19,686 bases of DNA from a virus, in IMG/VR virus record IMGVR_UViG_3300022486_000016, positions 1-19,686 of that record; one strand, 5' to 3'. The notes beneath the pieces are model-generated. The model was not told the DNA's origin. It worked only from the letters and a program-made list of their open reading frames with translations, and searched no databases. How positions within the stretch are numbered: the stretch's first letter is position 1; every line of letters begins with the position of its first letter. Shown here in pieces: positions 15,795 to 19,686 of the stretch. The translations under genes were made by a program, and so were the position numbers.

Positions 15795-15824
15795 AAAAAA
15801 TCCCCTTAGACATCTCGTCTAAGG
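15795..15824 (-). terminator. Intrinsic terminator of candidate RNA B
   Basis: On the - strand: CCUUAGAC-gagau-GUCUAAGG (15824-15804), then GGAUUUUUUAUAU. It converges 3'-to-3' with the RNA A terminator across the spacer T7-ATATAT-A6. Confidence 0.6.
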
Positions 15825-15960
15825 AGTAGTAGTGGTAGAGCTAAATTTGATAGATAAATAAGAAAGAAAGGAGATTTTATGATTTAATAAGAAAGGTGGT
15901 ACTTCATATAGTAAGACTCGTGTAATTTTGTGAGATAGACGCTCTACCTTGCCTATCTCT
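15795..15960 (-). ncRNA. Candidate small RNA B (~165 nt), pRNA-like size
   Basis: Bounded by the late-type promoter at 15966..15997 and the terminator at 15795..15824. It has a 5' hairpin GAGAUAG/CUAUCUC (15959-53 / 15938-32). A 5'-proximal GGUAGAGC (15948-41) pairs with a 3'-proximal GCUCUACC (15841-34). The AU-rich core holds two anti-SD-like tracts (CCACCUUUCUU, UCUCCUUUCUUUCU). There is no credible ORF. Confidence 0.5.
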
Positions 15961-15965
15961 GTACT

Positions 15966-15997
15966 ATTATAATAACACACTAAGGCAAATACGTCAA
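15966..15997 (-). promoter_or_regulatory. Late-type promoter paralog (drives candidate RNA B)
   Basis: On the - strand: TTGACG (15997-15992), 17 nt ending TGt, TATTAT/TATAAT (15974-15966). The string CTTGAC(G/A)TATTTG...TGTGTTATTATAATAGTACA is shared with P-late. Confidence 0.7.
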
Positions 15998-16009
15998 GCG
16001 TCAGGATAC

Positions 16010-16037
16010 AAAAAAAGAGCGTTTTTTATAAACGCCC
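16010..16037 (-). terminator. Intrinsic terminator T2 (second copy of a duplicated terminator module)
   Basis: On the - strand: GGGCGUU-uauaaaa-AACGCUC followed by U7. The G-U pair exists only in the - sense (A-C mismatch in the + sense). It shares the 17-nt identity TACAAAAAAAGAGCGTT with 16089-16105. Confidence 0.65.
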
Positions 16038-16091
16038 TGACGATTCCTGAGTAGTGCCAGTAACTCTAACGCGTACCACTAAAAACAGTAC

Positions 16092-16120
16092 AAAAAAAGA
16101 GCGTTGCACTACTAACGCCC
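16092..16120 (-). terminator. Intrinsic terminator T1 (ends the early operon and candidate RNA C)
   Basis: On the - strand: GGGCGUU-aguagugc-AACGCUC followed by U7. It is the first terminator after the polymerase stop codon. Confidence 0.7.
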
Positions 16121-16163
16121 CGATTTTAGCGATACTCTGCGAGGCAATACCACTTAACCTCAC
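16092..16163 (-). ncRNA. Candidate small RNA C (~70 nt; ~155 nt if it reads through to T2 at 16010)
   Basis: It lies between a perfect-consensus promoter (16170..16198) and T1. There is no ORF (ATG ATG TGA only). Confidence 0.45.
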
Positions 16164-16169
16164 ATCATT

Positions 16170-16198
16170 ATTATAGCAAAACTTTAAAAAATTGTCAA
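16170..16198 (-). promoter_or_regulatory. Consensus promoter overlapping the polymerase stop codon
   Basis: On the - strand: TTGACA (16198-16193, containing the polymerase TGA stop), 17-nt spacer ending TGc, TATAAT (16175-16170). Confidence 0.7.
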
Positions 16199-17811
16199 TA
16201 GTCAAAATCATCAATGGCTTTAATTTCAAAAGTTGTCGTGACAATGGACATACCGCCACGGCGACCAATCATTTTTTTGAGACCGTCGAACTTTTGACCA
16301 ACTTTGAAATTTTCAAAGGTTACTTGTTTCTTTACAGCGTCCGTCATGCCTGCTACCTTGACGTGGAGTGAGCCGTCAGTTTTTTGGATAGCGTAGCATT
16401 TTTGACGGATATATTTAAAGCGAGTTCCTGTAACTTCGAGATCAAATGCACCGAGTTTTTTTGCGTCGACCTCAAATTTTACATTTTTAGTCGTTAAGTG
16501 TACCGCGTCGGTATCACTGTAAACAAAGTTATCACGATGCATTAGAGCGATTGATACAATATAAGTACGAGCAATAGACGCGATTGCGGCAGTCATTGGC
16601 GCATAAATCGCTTTTACAAATGTATCGCGTCCGTTTTCATAGACCACACGTCCTGTCGTTTCATCGATGCGAGGATCTTTGCTTGTTAAACGAGTTTTAG
16701 CGCCAAACTTACCGTAAAGACTCACAAGCATAGCTTTCGCGTGTTGACGGCTAAAAGGAGTCGATGCCTCTTGTTTTTCAGCGTAGTATTTATTTACATA
16801 CATATCAAACAAACCGCGAGCACCTGCAAATGTTACCTGTTTAAAAAATACAAAATCCACAACGTCGTAACTTTTCAAGAAAAGCTGATATTCAGTCCAG
16901 GACATACAAAACGTAGAGCGTCCTTTAGTTTCATAAATCAGATGTCCTTCTTGACACATGCTATTCTCTGTTTTCGCAAACGGGAAAAATCCGTCCTTTA
17001 ATTCAAATTCACATTCAAAGCTAACAAACGAAACTTGAGACTCTAAAGGAGCTTTAGGCTTTGTTGTATTGATTTCGACAGGCTTGCCGTAAGGGAGAAC
17101 AGCGGATTTTTGGATAAAAGCGTACATACTATTAATATCAAAAACGTTGATTTCACCTTTGATGTCTTTGTTTACATATTTAGGAACGATGTAATTCCAA
17201 CCCGATTTATCAACCTCACGACAAAGTTTATCGACATCGTCTGGCAACTGTGGAAAGTAGCTGTCAAAGGCGTAGCCTTGCTGTTTCATAATTTGTTTAA
17301 ACTCATACAAAGCCTGAGAAGCATTAGTAAAACGAACGTATTTACCAGCTACGAAATATTCTTCAACCGCTTTACAAAAGACATCGATATCGCTACCCGA
17401 AAGCTTAAAGGTCTCACGCATGGCGTCAACACCGCCATCAAAAACTTTTTTAAAGTCTTTAATCTCAAAGCGGTAATCATTCACATAGAAACGCAACTCG
17501 TAAAACTCTAAGCCAATCTGTGTATCATACTTAATACCGTTCTCGATAAAATATGCGACAAATGTATTAGTAACTTCAATTAAGCTAGGAACAAAAAGCG
17601 TATGTACTGTGTTTGTATCATTAAGCCCTTGACCTACCCAAGCTTTTAAAAATGCACCAATGCTTTCGAACGTTGTAGCAGAAGTAGTAAGACAACGTTT
17701 AAACGTTATGCTATTAAGTGTAACGCTTTGAACGTCTTCACTGACCATGTCCGCCACTGCCGCATAGTACGTGCGGTCAGTGCGGTTCTTTTTATTATCT
17801 GTGGTATTCAT
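16195..17811 (-). CDS. Protein-primed family-B DNA polymerase (phi29 gp2-like), 538 aa
   Basis: Motif A VFDINSMYAF, motif B AKAMLVSLYGKFGAK, motif C FVYSDTDAVHL, KxY motif RQKCYAIQ. The C-terminal AGMTDAVKKQVTFENFKVG is almost identical to phi29 AGMTDKIKKEVTFENFKVG. See the findings for the missing exonuclease residues. Confidence 0.95.
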   Translation of the reverse strand: MNTTDNKKNRTDRTYYAAVADMVSEDVQSVTLNSITFKRCLTTSATTFESIGAFLKAWVGQGLNDTNTVHTLFVPSLIEVTNTFVAYFIENGIKYDTQIGLEFYELRFYVNDYRFEIKDFKKVFDGGVDAMRETFKLSGSDIDVFCKAVEEYFVAGKYVRFTNASQALYEFKQIMKQQGYAFDSYFPQLPDDVDKLCREVDKSGWNYIVPKYVNKDIKGEINVFDINSMYAFIQKSAVLPYGKPVEINTTKPKAPLESQVSFVSFECEFELKDGFFPFAKTENSMCQEGHLIYETKGRSTFCMSWTEYQLFLKSYDVVDFVFFKQVTFAGARGLFDMYVNKYYAEKQEASTPFSRQHAKAMLVSLYGKFGAKTRLTSKDPRIDETTGRVVYENGRDTFVKAIYAPMTAAIASIARTYIVSIALMHRDNFVYSDTDAVHLTTKNVKFEVDAKKLGAFDLEVTGTRFKYIRQKCYAIQKTDGSLHVKVAGMTDAVKKQVTFENFKVGQKFDGLKKMIGRRGGMSIVTTTFEIKAIDDFDY

Positions 17812-17836
17812 AATAAAGTATCGCTTTCTTTATTTG

Positions 17837-18577
17837 TTATTTTTTACGTTTTGCTGAACGACTGCGAGCGTTCTTTGATGCTCTACTGATATCATCAAAA
17901 GATCCAGAAAGCTCACTCGCTTTAGTGCTGTCGCTCATTTCTATTTTTTTACCGTCGGAATCATAAAACCATTCACGGAGATTTTTAATGTTCCATTCCA
18001 TTCGCGTTGATGGATCTCGGATACTGTCTACAAACTTTGTAGGACTGAGTAAACGAACGCTACGAATCGCGGCACGTGCTTCTTTTAATTGTCCAGGTGT
18101 AGCGCCCGCCTTTTTCATAACTTTATAGCGAGATTCAAGAGCGCTGATATACTGGCTCTTTTTGTCTTTTGCGTAGCTTGTTTTCATCTTACGGACTTGC
18201 GTTTCATTCATGCGACTAAACTTGCTTTTTTGTTCACTTGCCCAATTGCGCCCCATTGCCACGCCGTCCACTCGTCCACCGCCTTCGATAGTTGTTTCCA
18301 TACGTCGAAAGAGTTGGAGTTTTTTCGTCGTCGACTCACGGTAAATACCGCCCGTCTCTGGATTGACCGAGAGATCTTTGGACGAGTAAGCCTTAGTCTT
18401 TAGTTTACTTGCTACGCGTCGTACTGTCTTTGTATCCATTTCTTTACTAGAGAGAGTATTAGTACCAAGGACAGCTTTAATCTCTTCGTCTTTTGCGCCC
18501 ATGCTTGAAAGTTGATTGACACGGCGTGTGATATACCCACGGTCACTGCTGAGGCTTGTTTTTTTCTTAGCTGTCAT
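17837..18577 (-). CDS. Terminal protein candidate (246 aa, basic)
   Basis: Lies immediately upstream of the polymerase, as gene 3 does in phi29. Its size is similar to known terminal proteins (phi29 266 aa). Lys/Arg/Ser-rich. AAAGGA SD. Called from synteny; I recognise no sequence motif. Confidence 0.6.
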   Translation of the reverse strand: MTAKKKTSLSSDRGYITRRVNQLSSMGAKDEEIKAVLGTNTLSSKEMDTKTVRRVASKLKTKAYSSKDLSVNPETGGIYRESTTKKLQLFRRMETTIEGGGRVDGVAMGRNWASEQKSKFSRMNETQVRKMKTSYAKDKKSQYISALESRYKVMKKAGATPGQLKEARAAIRSVRLLSPTKFVDSIRDPSTRMEWNIKNLREWFYDSDGKKIEMSDSTKASELSGSFDDISRASKNARSRSAKRKK

Positions 18578-18866
18578 AATCTAGTCCTTTCATAAACAAA
18601 TCTAATGAGATATACGATGTCAATTTCTTGTACGCGATATCCGTAACTTTAAATCCGTCGTATCCGTTTTCGTCGCAATACTCAGCATAACGACGATTAA
18701 TTTCAGATTGTGTACGCTTGAGCGGTAGTGTCATATTATATTCAGTCGTGGTGATGTCGCCATCTGTGCTTACGTTGTAAACGTAGCCTTTCACAAATGT
18801 AACCGCTCGACGTACACTTACTGTACGCTCTGTATCGTCCATATATTTATAATAACCTTTACGCAT
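18567..18866 (-). CDS. Early protein, unknown function (99 aa); SSB/DNA-binding role is possible from position only
   Basis: First gene after the internal early promoter. AAGGA SD. Overlaps the start of the terminal-protein candidate by 11 nt. No motifs recognised. Confidence 0.6.
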   Translation of the reverse strand: MRKGYYKYMDDTERTVSVRRAVTFVKGYVYNVSTDGDITTTEYNMTLPLKRTQSEINRRYAEYCDENGYDGFKVTDIAYKKLTSYISLDLFMKGLDYDS

Positions 18867-18901
18867 AATGTTTTAATCCTTTTTTGTTTTTCTTTACTAT
18901 A

Positions 18902-18930
18902 AGTATACACCAAATAGGGTGATTTGTCAA
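18902..18930 (-). promoter_or_regulatory. Internal early promoter
   Basis: On the - strand: TTGACA (18930-18925), 17 nt, TATACT (18907-18902). The downstream TATACTTATAGTAAAGAA is identical to that of the proximal ITR promoter. Confidence 0.7.
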
Positions 18931-18969
18931 GTGTAATACCCTACTTTTTTTAAAAATGTTTATATGTTT

Positions 18970-19368
18970 TTATTTTAAATGATTGAAGAAGTACTCAGCG
19001 TCCATGTTGTAATCTTTTGGCTCAATCGCTGATTTTTTACGTTTCGTCTTTGCATACGCGTCAACTATATCCGTATAAGCTACGTCTTTATCTTGAGATA
19101 GTAGTAGCTCAAGGCAAGCATCCACGCGCTTAATCTTCAAATCCTTTGGCCCTGCCTTACGAAACCACGACTCTACTTTTTTAAGTTGCTGTGGTGCTCG
19201 GTACGGATCCATTTTCATATTCCAACAATATGATTTAATCAGTAAGCCCGCTGATTTAGGTAAGGCGCTGTCAGGCATATAATAATCTAAAAACATATTT
19301 TTCTGATTCATCAGGTCACGCACGTAACCCTGATAGGCTTTCAATAATTCTAAGCTTAGTGTTTCCAT
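18970..19368 (-). CDS. Early protein, unknown function (132 aa, basic/helical)
   Basis: The track ORF starts at 19419, inside the ITR and promoter. I trimmed it to ATG 19368 (METLSLELL...), 10 nt after AAAGGAG (19379-19385). That SD straddles the ITR boundary. Confidence 0.65.
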   Translation of the reverse strand: METLSLELLKAYQGYVRDLMNQKNMFLDYYMPDSALPKSAGLLIKSYCWNMKMDPYRAPQQLKKVESWFRKAGPKDLKIKRVDACLELLLSQDKDVAYTDIVDAYAKTKRKKSAIEPKDYNMDAEYFFNHLK

Positions 19369-19402
19369 CTGGAGATTTTCTCCTTTCATATTCTTTACTA
19401 TA

Positions 19403-19431
19403 AGTATAGCACACCTCAATCATTTTGTCAA
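19403..19431 (-). promoter_or_regulatory. Early promoter in ITR-R (proximal), mirror of 256..284
   Basis: Exact ITR copy: TTGACA (19431-19426), 17 nt, TATACT (19408-19403) on the - strand. Confidence 0.75.
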
Positions 19432-19488
19432 ACGTTTTATCTTAGTCATTTCAAATAATTAAAGTAGCTATCCCTTATTTCTAATATA

Positions 19489-19517
19489 AGTATAACACCG
19501 TTTAGCTATATTGTCAA
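19489..19517 (-). promoter_or_regulatory. Early promoter in ITR-R (distal), mirror of 170..198
   Basis: Exact ITR copy: TTGACA (19517-19512), 17 nt, TATACT (19494-19489) on the - strand. Confidence 0.75.
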
Positions 19518-19686
19518 GCGTAAGACCATCGTTTATTTATGCGCCATCATATGCGCGACCATGTAAGCGCCTAAGCATAGACATCAAAATTTTTAATGAG
19601 TCGATTTTAAGACACGGTATAATTTTAAAAAATTGATATACGATTTCAGGACTATCGAGGGGAACCGATTTCCGCTTCTACAGCCC

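Larger units (their letters stand above)
19382..19686. repeat. Right inverted terminal repeat (ITR-R), 305 bp, genome terminus
   Basis: Exact reverse complement of 1..305 and ends at the window edge. Confidence 0.95.

Noticed and set aside
15726-15809. 27-codon ORF inside candidate RNA A
   Set aside because: It has no SD upstream (cttaatcacATG). It runs through the terminator hairpin and U-tract, and the peptide is Phe/Ser/Leu-rich and junk-like.
15879-15887. Plus-strand AAAGGAG SD followed by the mini-ORF ATG ATT TAA, then a second SD-like GAAAGGTGG
   Set aside because: I found no + strand promoter upstream, since the region follows the + terminator, and there is no real ORF. I read these tracts in the - sense, as anti-SD-like segments of candidate RNA B. 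A start-stop regulatory element cannot be strictly excluded.
16010-16120. Reading the two duplicated hairpins as + strand terminators
   Set aside because: In the + sense each stem has an A-C mismatch and is preceded, not followed, by the homopolymer run. In the - sense the pair is G-U and U7 follows.
17425-17450. KKVFDGG in the polymerase as a possible ExoII (F-D) motif
   Set aside because: The surrounding sequence (IKDFKKVFDGGVDAMRETFKL) aligns with phi29 IYDSLKKLPFPVKKIAKDFKL. That is the (S/T)Lx2h region downstream of ExoII. It also lacks the Asn of Nx2-3(F/Y)D.
19369-19419. N-terminal extension of the right-end ORF (track start at 19419, MRCAILIVKNMKGENLQ...)
   Set aside because: The extension runs into the ITR and across the -10 box of the proximal promoter, so it would be largely untranscribed. 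ATG 19368 has a proper AAAGGAG SD.
1-19686. Search for lysogeny, mobile or defence elements (integrase, repressor, transposase, CRISPR repeats, tRNA cloverleafs) and for choline-binding repeats in the lysin
   Set aside because: Nothing of the kind is visible. The only large repeats are the ITRs. The phage appears strictly lytic, and the lysin is not the Cpl-1 type.

Overview
The window looks like a complete 19,686-bp linear genome of a small phi29/Cp-1-like, protein-primed podovirus of a low-GC Gram-positive host. The host cannot be named from the sequence. Positions 1..305 are the exact reverse complement of 19382..19686, so perfect inverted terminal repeats (ITRs) run to both window ends, and each terminus starts 5'-GGG. 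Each ITR carries two near-consensus SigA-type promoters that fire inward. The left arm (+ strand, 336..1493) holds 3 orphan early genes and a 23-codon micro-ORF, and it ends at a bidirectional terminator (1495..1520). Everything else is on the - strand. The right early operon encodes two orphans, a terminal-protein candidate and a family-B DNA polymerase. A 610-bp non-coding island follows (15585..16194). The late operon then runs scaffold, major capsid, connector, lower collar, Prp-like protease, fibres, tail knob fused to peptidoglycan hydrolases, packaging ATPase, holin and a CHAP+GH25 endolysin. I saw no integrase, repressor, tRNA or CRISPR. The most interesting part is the non-coding island. 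It packs four sigma-A-like promoters and five intrinsic terminators into three or four small structured RNA units, which are prohead-RNA (pRNA) or regulatory-RNA candidates, beside a palindromic divergent promoter pair that may act as an early/late switch. Secondary points: the polymerase has very phi29-like polymerase motifs but no recognisable ExoI/II/III catalytic residues; a lysozyme+CHAP cassette is inserted inside the tail-knob protein; and the endolysin has an unrecognised C-terminal domain. All homology statements come from by-eye comparison with remembered family sequences and motifs. No searches were run.
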